Shown: positions 12,072 to 26,312, counted from the first letter of the stretch. The stretch is 64,000 nucleotides of DNA from Octopus vulgaris (GCA_951406725.2 OX597820.1:58094001-58158000); one strand, 5' to 3'. Numbers and translations: made by a program. Notes: generated by a model not told the origin, from the letters alone.

Positions 12072-13739
12072 TATGTATAATATAATGTAATATATTGATG
12101 ATATGATATATTATATTATATTATATTATATTATATCATATTTTATTATACATACTCTCTCATATTCGTACCAGTTATGTAATAAAAAGAAACGATTTTA
12201 TTAAAAACATATCTGCCCGGTTACCTTCCAACTGCTAATACATCGCTTCTAACCTCAAAACAGTTCTGGTAAGCAGCCTGCAGCACCTTTTCACATATAA
12301 TGACTAATTCTCGTAGGAAATTTTCGTTTATCGTTTTTATCACCTGCAATCGGTGACTTCCAAAATGTATTTTAATTTTGAGGAGAAAATAATGAATAAC
12401 TGCAAGAGGCAAATATGGAAAGCTAGAGTAGATGGCGCGGAAAAGACATCGCTTGATTTGCCCAGAATCTCGGATAAACAGTGATGTATGTATGAACACG
12501 TACATTCTTATGGGGCATGCGAGATCCAGGTTTTGTCTCTCCATGGCTCAGGTCTCATTGCTCGCACTACCACTTTAGTGACATTTACCTGCATTTTACT
12601 TTTTACATTACCTTTTTTTTTCTACATCGTAACAGTACACCCACGATTTGTCACTTTTCGGAAAGCTTTAGTCGGCACTCGAACCATCACTTCTGTCTAT
12701 GATTCGTATCTCTTGTTTTGTTAACTATCGGCAGATTCGTCACAAATTTTGCTTTAACACGATGCATCTTTTATATTTTACCTTTTACTTGTTTCAATCA
12801 TTAGACTGCGGCTATGCTGGGGCACGGCTTTTAAAGTCATGTAGTAAGAATCTTTACAGACGTCTCCTTTGAAAACTTCACAAAACAGTAAAATGACTAT
12901 TTTCGCAAACCACAATGGCACTTTCGCATGCAATTGTCGTTATTTTCGTGGAATGCCGTCCAGATTAGAGATCATCTTCTTTGTTGCTTGTTCTGAATTT
13001 GAAACTTTAACCACTCGAGATATTACGCATGACTCCGCAAATCTACCCCACGGGCCTTTTTTTTAACATTAGAAAAGTTTCCATAAAAGTCTTGCTTAAT
13101 TTAGGGACCCACATGGTTATGTGATTAAGAAGCGCGCTTTGGAACGATGGGGTTTCAAATTCTGTCCCACTGCTTGGGGCCTTGAGCAAGAATCTTCTAC
13201 TATAGCCCCGAGGCGACCAATGCCTAGCGAGTGGATTTAATAAATTGAAACTGCGAGAAAGCGCGTTTGATAGGCGTCTGTATGTACTTGTGTCTGTATT
13301 TTCGTGTATCTTTCTAGTACAATTTTCACGAACGCTTGCGCTTTTAAATCCTTTACTGTTTAATTTGCAAAAACGAAAATGCTTCAATTACCAAGTGCAC
13401 AAGACATGCATTTAATGTAGCAACGTGTGGATCGGCGGTTATAGGACGTTGTGTGATGCAGTTAAAACATTAGTCTCAAGACCCAAATTAAAACCATACA
13501 CAGCACTGGAGTTAGGATCACGCTGCGCCGGCTGGTTAGCACACTATTTCAAATCTCTTTCATTTTGGAAAGAACTCGTATTGTATATACAATTGTTTGC
13601 ATGTGTATGTGTGTGTGTATGTGTGTGTGTATGTGTGTGTGTGCGCGCTTGCGTGTATATGTGTCTGTTTTTCTACGCTAATGTCCATATATTTATGCAT
13701 AAGTACATTTACATATCCATGCATGTTTACAAAGGATAC

Positions 13740-13857
13740 AAACATACATGCATACATACGCACACACACATACATACATACATACATACATACATACATA
13801 CATACATACATACATACACACATACATACATACATACATACATACATACATACATAC

Positions 13858-13888
<31 letters not shown>

Positions 13889-13889
13889 C

Positions 13890-13920
<31 letters not shown>

Positions 13921-13950
13921 CACACATACATACATACATACATACATACA

Positions 13951-13984
<34 letters not shown>

Positions 13985-13992
13985 CATACATG

Positions 13993-14024
<32 letters not shown>

Positions 14025-14052
14025 CATACATAATACTTACATACATAGATAC

Positions 14053-14083
<31 letters not shown>

Positions 14084-14280
14084 CATACTTACATACATAC
14101 ATACATACATGCATACATACATACATACATACATACATACATACATACATACATACATACATACATGCATACATACACACATACATACACACATACATAC
14201 ATACATACATACATACATACATACATACATACATACATACATACATACATACATACATACATACATACATACATACATGT
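13740..14280. repeat. (CATA)n microsatellite array
   Basis: Slightly degenerate CATA tandem of ~540 bp. Confidence 0.95.
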
Positions 14281-16079
14281 GCGTTTATGCAAACAAATGT
14301 GCAAATCGAGATGAACAACTTCCTGTACACATCACTTTCTTTCTATGCCTGAGGCTATTTTCTTTTGTTGAAAATAGTGTCTTGTCGGTTTGAATTCATC
14401 TGCTTATTGTGAATATTATGTGAACTTCATTTCCTTTTCTTCTTTTTCTTTCTAATACTAGGGGGAGTAGTTAAGAAATGGTGGCGAAAAGTGTTTATTC
14501 ATCAACTAAACAACTATACTTTATATCAAGACCAAATTCAGAGCGTTACAAATGCAGCTAATCTTTACTGTTTACTTTAACTGTCTGTTCACATCCGGGT
14601 TGTGATTGTAAATCTGCCATGTTATTGCTGGCTCGCTGACTAGCCATTACAATACAATTACTTGAAGAAATCTTATTCGAAAGAAGGCGGAAATAACAGC
14701 CAAAAGAAAAGAAAAAAAACGAAGGCATGTTTCATTGCTCCATGTTTAGAGTGGATAAACCGACATATTTTTAATACAACAATATATTTCATTTCAAGTC
14801 TGCTCTCTATGTAAATAATGATAGCATATGCAAACATATTCCTTATAAGAATATTCTTGATGGTTCTAAGATGTCGACTTCTCTCTGATTTATTTTGGGG
14901 TTTTGTCTATTTAAGTTGAACTTTCTTTCGATCACATAACAGAGGCACACCCAAGTTATGCTGAAAATATCAACTGCAATAATATCTGAATCTTGTACTG
15001 AATTTATTTTAATCTACGAAAAATAATTCCCCACGGAATAATCTTTATTGTGTCTTGTTCCTTTAATTCAGAATTTTAACTAAGAGCAGCGACTATCGAA
15101 AAGCAGTAACTCAATCTAGTTTATATGCAATTCAAATTTTTTCACAGAGCCTGAAAGTTCCAGGGAGGGGATAAGTCGATTACATCGACCCCAGTGTTCA
15201 ACTGGTATCTATTTTATCGACCCTGAAAGGATGAAAAACAAGTCTACCTCAGCGGAATTTGAGCCCAAAACGTAAAGGCGGACGAAATGCCGCTAAACAT
15301 TTTTCCCGGCGTCCTAACGATTCTGCCAGCTCGCCTTTCAATATAATATGCAAAATTATTCAGCGTATCGCTATTCTTGTACATTTTCTGTGAAATAAAT
15401 ATTCTGTGAAGTACATGTCTATTCAGCAAAATTGATTTTATACACAAACCTGAGGATTCGATATTTTCCAATATTGGTGCAATAATACCGTTACGGTGTA
15501 TTATTTTTCATATACAATAATATTACTATATTCTTCTGGTAAACTATCGATGAAACATTTGTAGAATTATGTAATAAAACAATTGATCACTCCATTCGCC
15601 TTGTCAATATTTATATAAACACTATGTATGTTTACGGATTTTCAGATCTATCATCAGTAAAGTGATTCATGTCCGATCTATAATAGTATCTGATAGCCGA
15701 TACTCTTTAACGGGCTTAATAAAGCAAACCCCAAGGTTAAAATATCCCGATAATATATTTGTATTTTCTTTTCATTTTCCTCTAGATGCTAACATAACGC
15801 AGTTGGAATGCCAATCTAGTTCAAATTGACAAGGAGTTCTAAGGGTGGAATACACTTAGTACTGTGAGGGATAAGAAAAATCTGATGTTACAGGAATATC
15901 ATTTCGCCTAAGATATATGTAATGCTGTTGGAGATATAAAATAAACTGCAAGTAGTGAGGATGAGTAAAAGGTCATCATAACAGTATTATATGAAAGAAA
16001 ATTAAGGAGAGTAGGATATCTTAATGGACTGTGATACACGTTCAGTGCGAAGAGAAAATTAAAGGAACACCAACAGACC

Positions 16080-17340
16080 TCTAATTGAGAGAACTCGCTG
16101 GCAAATCAGTAATACAGCTTTCTGCTGTAAGCAGATCAAGGATCCTAAACCTCTGATAAAGAAATTGTTCCATTCTTTTAAGACACGAATCTCTTTCTAT
16201 TTACTCCATCCCACCGTGACTAACAACTCTATCGACACATTTCTTTCCTTTACTTTTCTCACTAAGCTGCACAAATTCGACAATCTTGTCAGCTTATAGT
16301 TGTTCCATTGAACTCTTCCTTAGCTACCTAACTCATGCCACGCTTATGCTACTACCCTATTCTCACCGATAAAATATGGCAACTATGCCCTTAAGTTTCT
16401 CAACTACTTTTCTTCCTCCGTGGAACATCGCAACTCCTTCTCACCATGGATGTATAATACCCCTATCATTACTACACACACACACACACACACCATAATT
16501 CGTTCGACTTTCTACCTTTAATTCAACCTTGCACTACAACCTTTCTTTTCTTTGTTGAACTCCTTGCCTTCAACTATTACTTCTTCCAGCGGAGCTGTGG
16601 ATACTAGTGTGAGATTTACTTATCGGAACCTCTTTGTAAATCTTTACTCAATTTAATGGGTCTATCACGAAACTGCATGGCCGTTGCCTGAATGGCTGCA
16701 TTCAGTGCTACTCATATCTTTATTGTTTCTCGTCTCTTTCTACTCACTGAGTCTTTCCTCCAATTCTTGCAATTTCTTTGACTCCGACAGTTATGCAGCA
16801 AAATCTTAGATTCAATTTCAAAATCCGCTAAAATGTGTTCTTCACACTGAGTTATCCTATATCTTTAGCTAGCTCTACACAACAACTAGGCCGTTAGCAG
16901 AACCTCTGCACATCACCCTAAATAATCCACCCGTAAACAGAGCTTCCTTTCCTCCCAACTTTTTATCATCCGTGCACCCCAACGCCTTTCAATGTTCCTG
17001 TCCGGAATGTTACACTTGACCTATCACCTACAACTCATAACTGGCCTAAAAACTTATTTCCATATCGCCTACTGTTTTCACTGCATTTCCATCGGCTTTA
17101 TATATTGTATCAGGGGTAAAACTCAGAAATTCCATTTGTAAAAGTGAAACTGGACGTCGTTTTCGCACGTACTTCATGATGTTTGTAATGCACACAATTA
17201 CACTACAGATTTGTCAATAGACATTCCACTTTCCTAGGACATTCCTTCAGTCATATCTACGTCGTGAGTCATATTACAATATGGTTCAACATTCACCAAT
17301 AGATTGCAAACAAAAAATCTAATATATGTAATGAAGGAAA
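16080..17340 (+). pseudogene. Highly decayed Penelope-like element (RT plus GIY-YIG relic)
   Basis: Frameshifted motifs in PLE order: QISNTAF..KDP (16102), FYLL (16195), TMDV (16443), FTCISIGFIYCI (17076-17111), ETGRR (17146). Confidence 0.7.
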
Positions 17341-17503
17341 TTTTGCCTCGAGCTATTAAAAATCTCACATTCGCCCCGCCCACCTCAACCTGTTTTCATC
17401 CACCTCCGTACATGTAATATTAGCTAACAACACTCATCATCTTCACTGATACACAGTTATTTACATAGGATGTATATGGCTGGTGGTTGTTTACACTGAT
17501 GTG

Positions 17504-18385
17504 TGAGGAGGTACCCAAAAGTAACCGGAAACGTTCTCTGTTGGACAAGCCCGTTGTAATTCGGTCTTCCACCGCAAGAAGCTACTTGATGCAATCCCCT
17601 CATACATCATTCTACTGATCGGTGTCGTCGAATGATGACGTGCTGCCAAATGACGTGTCTTTGTTTTGTGGTGCTTCTCCACTGTTCGTCGATTTTTGCG
17701 ACAGCTGAAACGAAGGAACAGCGTACTTCCGTGAAATTCTGTTTTCTACAGACGAAAATGGCGGCTGAAACAGTTGCCATGCTTTAAACAGCTTACGAGG
17801 ACGCTGCCATGAACACAACACAAGTTTACGGGTGGTTTTCACGGTTTGGGAATGGACACTTGTCGCTTGAAGACCAACCTCATTCAGGGCGACCGTCGAT
17901 CTCCTGAACGAATGAAAACATCATGAAAATTCATGAACTGATCTTAAAGAACTGTCCCCGAACAATTAACGAATTTGTGCCTGGTGTGTCCTAAAGCTTC
18001 TGCCAACGAATTGTGGGCGAGAAATTGCGAATTAAAAGACTTGTAGCAAAATCTGTGCGTCGCTAGCCCACGGAAAATCAAAAGCAGTCACGGCTGAATG
18101 AGTCTCGTAAACTGAAAGAACAGTTGGAAGTTGATCCGGACCTTTTTTCGAAGGTCATCACTGGTGACGAAAGCTGGTACTACGGAATTTACAGATATAG
18201 AAGAGGTAAAGAAATAACGACGGTGGCATTGGAAGGCATCACTTCGCAAGAGTTCCAGCGCTGCTTCGAATAGTGTAAAACGCGCCTGCACCGATGCATT
18301 GCTTCAAATGGAGAAAGTTTTAAAGACGATAAAAGTGTAAATATGTGAAAACTAAGAGAATAAAACAACACTGCACAATTCCGAT
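17504..18385 (+). mobile_element. Internally deleted mariner transposon relic
   Basis: TIR-like gaggaggtacccaaaagtaaccggaa; QVYGWFSRFGNGHLSLEDQPHSGRPS (17821); KVITGDESWYYG (18151); C-terminus RLHRCIASNGESF. Confidence 0.9.
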
Positions 18386-18711
18386 TATATATATATCAAT
18401 CTTCTGTATTGACCACTTTCCACCACTTTGATCTGTTTTTTGTATTGAATACGTATCGCCACCGTGGGCCACTGCATCGAACACTTTGAACATATACTTC
18501 AAACTATATATCAACTATACATGAACTCTAAGATGTCTGACTCCGTTGTGAATTATAAATGAATTTCTTGTGTTTGACGGCATGAGCTGTCTTTTTTTAT
18601 ATATAACTTTTTTTGATAAAGTTCATTTCAGGAACTGAAAAATGTTATAATGTATATATATAAAAATTAAAAATTGTATAATACAGCAGCATTTTCGAAC
18701 TTCATTTTTTA

Positions 18712-18717
<6 letters not shown>

Positions 18718-18774
<57 letters not shown>

Positions 18775-18823
18775 ACATATATACATATATATATATATAC
18801 ATATATACATAATATATTATATA

Positions 18824-18886
<63 letters not shown>

Positions 18887-19128
18887 TATACACACACACA
18901 TATATATAATATATATATATATACATATATATATACTATAATATATATATATAATAGATATATATTATATATTACATATATGTATATATAATATATATAT
19001 TATATATGTATATATATATAATATATATAATATATATAATATATATAATATATATTATATATGTATATATATATATGTATATATACATATGATATATATA
19101 ATATATATCATATATATCATATATATTA

Positions 19129-19172
<44 letters not shown>
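18718..19172. repeat. Degenerate (TA)n low-complexity array
   Basis: Almost entirely TA/CA dinucleotides. Confidence 0.95.
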
Positions 19173-19175
<3 letters not shown>

Positions 19176-19737
19176 GCACATACACATACGCACGCACACA
19201 CACACACACACAGAAAGGAAGGTTAGAAACCCAACTGTACTCTGAAAGTCGTGACCTCCTACATAAATAATGATGCGAGCGTCTGATCCGAGTTGGTCTC
19301 CATCAGTCCACCTGACTTCACACAAGGCTTATATATCGGTGTTGAATCAGTTACACACCTCTTTAATGTTTTCTGCTTTGACCATCTTATACATTCTAGA
19401 CACGTTCGCTGGAAGAGTCAGTCATGATGGCGTTTTTTTTTTTCACACAGTCCCCATAGCAACATCAGACAAAGAATTGCTATAGTAATTTGTACTATAA
19501 TTATGAGAGTGAAAATGTGGGTCTCGGTCTTCACAGCAAAAGAAAAGGACAAAAAAAATCAGAGACAATTGCACACAGGGAAGATGCCATTAATGAACAA
19601 CATAAAAATTAATGGAACGAATCGATATCTTTAAATATTTAAGAACCATCATTTCATTCGATTGAGAAAAACGTCAAAGTAATTAAGTGAAAAATTGACT
19701 GACCAAGGCTGCTGTCGGTGAGATCACACATATCCTG

Positions 19738-20365
19738 GTACTCCGTCGGTTACGACGACTAGTGTTCCAGTTGTTGATCAACTGATCAGATAAACGGAAC
19801 AGCCTGCTCAGGAAATTAACGTGCATGTGGCTGAGCACTCCAGAGACACATGTACTGTTAGCGTAGGGCTCAAGAAGTTTTAGTGTAACACAGAGTGTGA
19901 CAAGCCTGGTCCTTTGGCATATGTTTTTTTGTTTTGTTTGTTCCTTCTCAAGCAATGCCTGGCTCATAATGGGCCGGTTTCCCGTTTTCCTTGGCGTATA
20001 GGCTCCCCACCTAGATGGCACGCCGGTCCATTGTAGGTGAGCTGCTAGATGCAGGAAGAAAGAGTAAAAGAAAGTTGTGGCGAAAGAGTCAGCAGAAGTT
20101 CCCTATTACCTTCTGCTGGAGCCGCGTGGAGAATAATGTTTTGTTCATAAACACATACATCACCCGGTCTGAGATTCGAACCTGCGATCCCTCGACCGCG
20201 AGTCCGCTGCTCTAACCATTAGGCCATGTGCCTCCACCCATTGGAATATAATTGCAACTTATTTTTGACAGCTGGGTGGACTAGAGCAACATTAAATAAA
20301 GTGTTTTGCGTCGCCGGGGATTGAAATCACTACCTTACGATCGCGACCCAACTAAGCCTTCACGA
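19738..20365 (-). mobile_element. Family A SINE interrupted by a family D SINE (19925-20240)
   Basis: Family A halves at 19738-19920 and 20241-20365. The insert matches 24102-24407 in reverse; TSD-like ttggcatat/ttggaatat. Confidence 0.8.
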
Positions 20366-21329
20366 TCATACATATATTTATCATATAAACAACAATTGTA
20401 GAAGTAAAGAAATGAGTCCCATGAGCGAACAAGTGAAGATGCTTATATAAATTTGAGAAGAAGTAAAAAAAGAAAAAAATTCCAATTCAGATAGAATAAA
20501 AAATTCTGGAGTCCTTGGACGCGCAAAACCCACCAGAGAGATTCCTTTGTAGACAACAGATGAAGTTCATTAAACAGTACATGAGAAGATAAGTCGTCGA
20601 ATATTTAGTGATAACCGGGAAAGAGAAACGAAACAGAAGTTGAGAAAGATAGAGAAGATACATATTCAACGATCTTACCAGCTGGCTTAGATAGACCGGC
20701 CCAGCAACATGCTACAAAGTTGTATGTGGAACAAAACGAGAAAGTTCACGATCGCTGACGCCTATCACATAAAGAATACTATATGTGTATACGTGTGTAG
20801 TGTTTTGTCAGTTAATGTCTCCTCCCTGCAACGTATTTCAAATCTATCTTCCTTCTCGCCCAGCTGTTGCATTTCCTCCACAAATACTTGTTACCTCTCT
20901 GCTTTCTTCTTTATCTCATCTCCTTCCTCCTTTAATCTTCATGCTTATAATTTTCTTCACTCACACTATCGCCAGTTTATTAGTTCTATATCACCAGCAA
21001 CATTTCATCTTTCTCTACCGAAGTGCTCCATCTGAAAGTCAGATTTCTCTCCTCTCTCTTGGCGTAAAATTCATTGCACTGTTTGAACTATTTGTATAAC
21101 ACTTTGCAAAATAGAACATCACAAGTTTCCTCGGTTGCAACTATTTTATTGTTTTGGGATTAAGTTTATTACTGCAAGGCCATTAGCTGGAGCACGCTGA
21201 CTGCTAAATTATACAAAATACAAAAATTAATTGTGCGAGTGTCATCACTTCATAATTATTGTGTCATGACCTAGACTTAGACACCGAATTCATAATGGCC
21301 TAGTTTATTTGTCTGTAAATAAGTAGTGG

Positions 21330-21660
21330 TGTACACCTTGCTGTTTTTAATACTACAGGTAAAACTGTAAGAATGAATAGTCTTTGCCTTATTTTGATCG
21401 AGCTGACAACCGCTCATGAGAGCCGAGTGTACAAATAACGTCAATTTAAGAGGAAGGAATATGATGACTTTTTGAAAGAACTGACAAAAAAAGGGCTGAG
21501 CATTGCGCAGTACAGGCCATGAGGCGTTCTAGAATTTGTTGCAGCCACCATGTGCCAACTCCTGAGTCAGCTCGGAATCAAATATCGCAAAAGAACGACG
21601 ACGATGAAACACCAAACAGGGACAGCCGGGAAGAGTTCAATGTAGCTACATATGGAACTG
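21330..21660 (+). pseudogene. Decayed restriction-like endonuclease C-terminus of a HERO/CRE-type LINE
   Basis: LILIELTTAHESRVYK*RQFKRKEYDDFLKELTKKG..FVAATMCQLLSQLGI resembles the IELTVPxE..K..KY..RGF..LG pattern. Confidence 0.55.
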
Positions 21661-22257
21661 AAAAAGAATGCTGCTAATTGCTAAACATAGTACGAAGGGA
21701 ACCCAATTTGAAATAGACCTACAAGGCAGTTTCTTGTCGTGATCCAGCGATGTCCAACACAGTTCAGGGAAGTAAAATCATACGAAGGTGATTTAATCCC
21801 AGCAATAGGTGGCATTAATTAATTTTCCCTATAACTGAATGGGAGTCATCACCAACTGTGTGTGTGTGTGAGAGAGAGAGAGAGATAGAGAGGGAGAGAG
21901 AGAGAGGGAGACATAGAGAGAGAGAGAGACTAACTTGTGCACTGAGACTGAAAAATTGGTTGGAGACACAAAGCACATTATATAAATCTGACGAATTGCT
22001 GTGTCTTCGTGGCACGGGACTATAGTAGATATATCTTTAACACTGAGTGCATTAAATGACGTGTGTGTGTGTGCGTGCGCGCGCGCGCGCGTGTGTGTGT
22101 AGTATTTTTCCTAAAGTTGGGAGCTAGCTTCTGACGAATAAATTTACATCGCTGGAATTGAGATAACGACCGTTATATGGTTCTATATTTAAGAAATGAA
22201 GAATTATGTACATTATTTACATTTGACGGATATTTCTCATCATTTTGTTTGTGGTTA

Positions 22258-22301
22258 ACACAACGTTTCAACTGATATACCCTCCAGCTTTCATCAGGTG
22301 T
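22258..22301 (-). ncRNA. Minimal type I hammerhead ribozyme
   Basis: Minus strand: acac-CTGATGA-aagctg gagggtatat cagtt-GAAA-CG-TT-gtgt; palindrome AACGTT, triplet GUU. Confidence 0.75.
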
Positions 22302-22392
22302 CTTGGGGAAATTTCGAACCTGAGTTCTCATTCCTAAGGTATTTTTCGTTGTTGTTGTTGTTATTGTTCTTCTGCTCCTTATTATTATTATA

Positions 22393-22440
<48 letters not shown>

Positions 22441-22956
22441 TTCTTTTTTTTTCTTCTTTCAAATTTGCTTCCATTTCTTGCCGAGTGTCTTCCCGACTCC
22501 TAGGGTAGAGAAACTCATAGTATACATTGGTAGGCCATTAAACTAAACTCACTAGTTCGTTCATTTTTTTAAAAGTTAAATTAAAATACATGGGTTGTAA
22601 TCGTTCTCACATCGACAATGCTCTTCTCAATACGTGTGATGTACCAGTTAAGACAATCTTTTGCACTTCTTGCAAGGATGGTAAGCCAGGGATCATTCTC
22701 ATATAATTTTCGGTTCCCTTCTTGATCATTCCTAGAGTTCCTACGATCACTGGTATTGTAACCGCCTTGAGATGCCACATTTTCTCAATTTCAATGAGCA
22801 GGTCTTTATATTTTCTGAGCTTGTCAAACTCTTTCGCCGAGATATTATGATCACAGGGGATGCTCATGTCGATCAATAAGCAAACTTTATTGTTTTGGTC
22901 TTTCACAACAATATCTGGTTTATTGGCTTTGATGGTTCGGTCTGTATGTACTGGAA

Positions 22957-22957
<1 letters not shown>
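22441..22957 (-). mobile_element. 5'-truncated R4/Dong-clade LINE (restriction-like endonuclease C-terminus plus 3' UTR) in (AAT)n
   Basis: FPVHTDRTIKANKPDIVVKD..CLLIDMSIPCDHNISAKEFDKLRKYKDL..W..TIPVIVGTLG..QKIVLTGT (ORF 22607-22906, extended); AAT repeats on both sides. Confidence 0.9.
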
Positions 22958-23043
<86 letters not shown>

Positions 23044-23194
23044 TAGTTCACTGCGTGGAATCGAACGCGGAATCTTGGGGTTAGTGGCCTATGGGCATAT
23101 GGCGTAGTGGTTAAGAGCATGGGCTACTAACCCCAGGATTCTGGGTTCGATTCCACGCAGTGAAATGAATAATAATAATAATAATAATAATAAT

Positions 23195-23238
<44 letters not shown>

Positions 23239-23984
23239 CAACAACAACAACATCAAAAAATACCTTAGGAAAGAGAACCCAGGTTTGAAATTTCCCCAGG
23301 ATACCTGATAAAGACTGTCCGGTTTTTGTCAAATCCAGTTTCTCTGTATTAATCTGGAGGATGTTTTGGTAACTTAAACAAGTTCCACAGTAATTATTGA
23401 TATAAATCTAAAGTTAGATTAAAGGTCTTGTATCGGCAAATTTCTCATTAATTCTGTATTTATGTTCTTTCGTTTATCTTTAACATTATGCTAATGTCTA
23501 CTGGACAATTTATTTAAACTTTCATATTATGTTTGTGGTTTGTTATGCCTATGTTTTTATAAAGACTTTTATAGATACATTCCACCAGTATACTTTAGTA
23601 TTCTTCCAGTTTTATGTATCTTCTACATCATGGTAACTTGTTTTGGATTAGCATCGTAATGATAATTTTGAACAGCTGTTTATGATCATCGTGGCACAAG
23701 CTATATTTTCCCAGTAGTCTACACTAGTTGTCAAACACACAGCCAACCCAACCTTATATGCATGTGTGTGTGTGTGTGTGTGTGTGTGGATCAAAATAAC
23801 TGACGATTAGCATTACGCTTGAAACTCGAGAGTACCAACAAATTTGAATCAAACTGCTTTGATCCATACATGTAACTCACAATAAATTGGTCGAGTGCTC
23901 GTCTTTCGTTTGTCCACTCACTCGTATACACACACAAACACACACACACATATATATGTATGTGTATATATATGTATATATGTA

Positions 23985-24069
<85 letters not shown>

Positions 24070-24101
24070 ATGTATGTATGTATGTATGTATATCTTAGAA
24101 A

Positions 24102-24407
24102 GTGGGGGCACATGGCCCAGTGGTTAGAGCAGCGGACTCGTGGTCGAGGGACCTCGGGTTCGAATCTCAGACCGGGCGATGTGTGTGTTTATGAGCGAAG
24201 CACCTAAGCTCCACGCGGCTCCGGCAGAAGGTAATTGCGAACTTCTGCTGACTCTTTCGCCACAACTTTCTCTCACTCTTTCCTCCTGCATCTTGCAGTT
24301 CACCTGCGACGGACCGGTGTCCCGTCCAGGTGGGGAACCTATGCGACAAGGACACCGGGAAGCCGGCCCTAAGAGCCAGGCGTGGCTCGAGAAGGAACAA
24401 ACAAATG
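24102..24407 (+). mobile_element. Full-length tRNA-derived SINE, family D
   Basis: A-box tggcccagtgg, B-box ggttcgaatc, V-domain-like cctgcgacggaccggtgtcccgtccagg; TSD tcttagaaa at 24093-24101 and 24408-24416. Confidence 0.9.
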
Positions 24408-25759
24408 TCTTAGAAAATAAGATAACAAAGATGATAAGATGACAAAATAAACAATTTTCTTGTGAAATCTATAATATGCAGTGGACTGAGTAACACCTCA
24501 TAGCCTCGTCGAAGCATCATCATTATCATCTGCTTTCTCTGCTGGCTTATGTTGTACGGTTAGAGATGATCCGGTGAGCTGCAAGACCGTATCGTGTTCC
24601 AGTATCAACTTTGGCATATTTTCTATGACTGTATGAACTTCCTAACGGTAACTACTTTGGAGAGTATACTGGGTGGCTTTTAAGCGACACCGGCATTAGT
24701 GCGGTTGCCATGTAAACTTAAAAGATAAGCAAAGAACAGGGAAAAAAAGAAAACTCTGCCACTTCTAAAAGGGGAGTATTGGAGAGGGGGAATTTGGAGG
24801 TGGGTGGCTTTATGGCAGGTGTTGAAAGGCGAGAAGGAAGGTATGATAGAGAGGCAAGCACAGATGCCTTCTGTAGAGGAGATAAAAGTAAGGTAGTGAT
24901 GGGATACTAGAACAAACTTTCAAAAAGATACAGCGTGCCATGGGAAAGGATGAGAGAGTGGATACTTTCATAACAGGGTGAGGTGAGAGTAATAGAAGGT
25001 TAAAAATGGTGATATAGGTAAATATAGGGAGATGCGATTGAAGGAAAATACTAGCATGATGAGGAGGTTAGGTGAGAGACATAGGCAGGAGAATAGGTCG
25101 GAAAGCAGTGAGATGATGTACTAGGAGTGTATATGTGTGCGTATATGTATCATTTACTGTTTCTGGGAGCTCGGCGATCCATAGTAATGTTGGTAGATTT
25201 TTTTCTTTGAACTTCTCAGCATTAAGATTTGAAATGTAAGATCTTCTCTACCCTGATGGCGAAGGCTCGTCTTTTCCAATGTTAATTGCGTCCATACGAC
25301 AGCATATTGTGATGAACTAAATCTACTATCTGGGTGTTCGGATTGCCGAGCCCCCTTAAATAGCTGTTAGATTTATAACACCTTTCTTCCACCCATTTAA
25401 TTTTTTCTGTCGTTTGTACTCTGTGTAAGTTGGACCTATTTGTATAAATATCTACATATTTATCCTTAAAAATTCATCATCTTAAAGTTTCCACTTTTTG
25501 CTTTCTCTAGTTTTGCAAGTTTACTTATATACTTATTTTGTATTTCATACCCAAACTAAAATCTTTAATATGCTTAATGCATTTAATATATTTGATGCAT
25601 CTGACTTGTTTATGTATGTATGTATGTATGTATGTATGTATGTATGTATGTATGTATGTATGCATGCATGTATGTATGTATGTGTGTGAATGTATGTATG
25701 TAGTTATGTATTTATGTATGCATGCATGTATGTATGTTATGTGTGTATACATATATACA

Positions 25760-25880
25760 CATTTTAGAAGTAGAAGAGTAACGGTGACTTCAGTGTTTCG
25801 GCCAGCCAGCCGTCGTCTGTCTGACGAAAGTTAGAAGGTCGAAACTTCGAAGTCATTATCTCCATACTCCTTCTAAAAGC
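25760..25880. repeat. Decayed back-to-back hammerhead palindrome
   Basis: Plus strand: CTGACGA(25821)..GAAA-CTTCGAAG-TC. Minus strand: cagacga-cggctggctggcc-GAAA-cactgaag-tc. Flanks are an inverted match. Confidence 0.6.
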
Positions 25881-26312
25881 TTTAAATGATGTATAGATAC
25901 ATACACACGAATATAAAACACACACGTATACAAAAACACAGAAACTATGTGAAGCGTGAACATTGGAACCTGTCTATGGAGGAAAATAAATGAAAGGAAA
26001 AAAATGGTTATAGTTTTTAACGTAAAATTGCAAAGAAAGTATCTAAGCAAAAAGAAATAAAGAAGATTTTCTTTTAGATTAATTCCGGACAGAACAGTAA
26101 GAGACGAAGGCGGCTAAGAGAGGAAAAGCAAACAATCTTCTTATAAGCTGATTGAATGTAAATGTTATTTAAGTACGCTGGCTTTGTTTTATTTTGAGTT
26201 TGAAAATTTTTTGGCAGCCATTTATATTTTATATACTTCCTTCTCTGAATTGTGGGAATTGTTTTTTTCACATACAGCTGCATGTTATATACATATATAT
26301 ATATATATATAT

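Larger units (their letters stand above)
22181..23317. mobile_element. Head-to-head foldback pair of tRNA-headed hammerhead SINEs (family H); left arm split by an R4/Dong insertion
   Basis: Left arm (minus) 22181-22440 plus 22958-23089; right arm (plus) ~23090-23317, truncated inside the HHR. Both match 49488-49779. Confidence 0.88.

Noticed and set aside
12200-12760. Possible decayed DNA-transposon sequence
   Set aside because: No convincing transposase motif or TIR.
13425-14393. ORFs of repeated HTYI/MYVC
   Set aside because: Pure (CATA)n microsatellite.
19275-19312. Minus-strand CTGATGG-agacc..ggatc motif
   Set aside because: No GAAA half; too degenerate to call.
23095-23162. tRNA-like sequence as a functional tRNA gene
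   Set aside because: The acceptor stem does not pair and there is no terminator; it is a SINE head. The same applies to 24104, 31453 and 49494.
23318-23750. Possible coding or LINE relic after the truncated SINE
   Set aside because: No diagnostic motif found in the frames examined.
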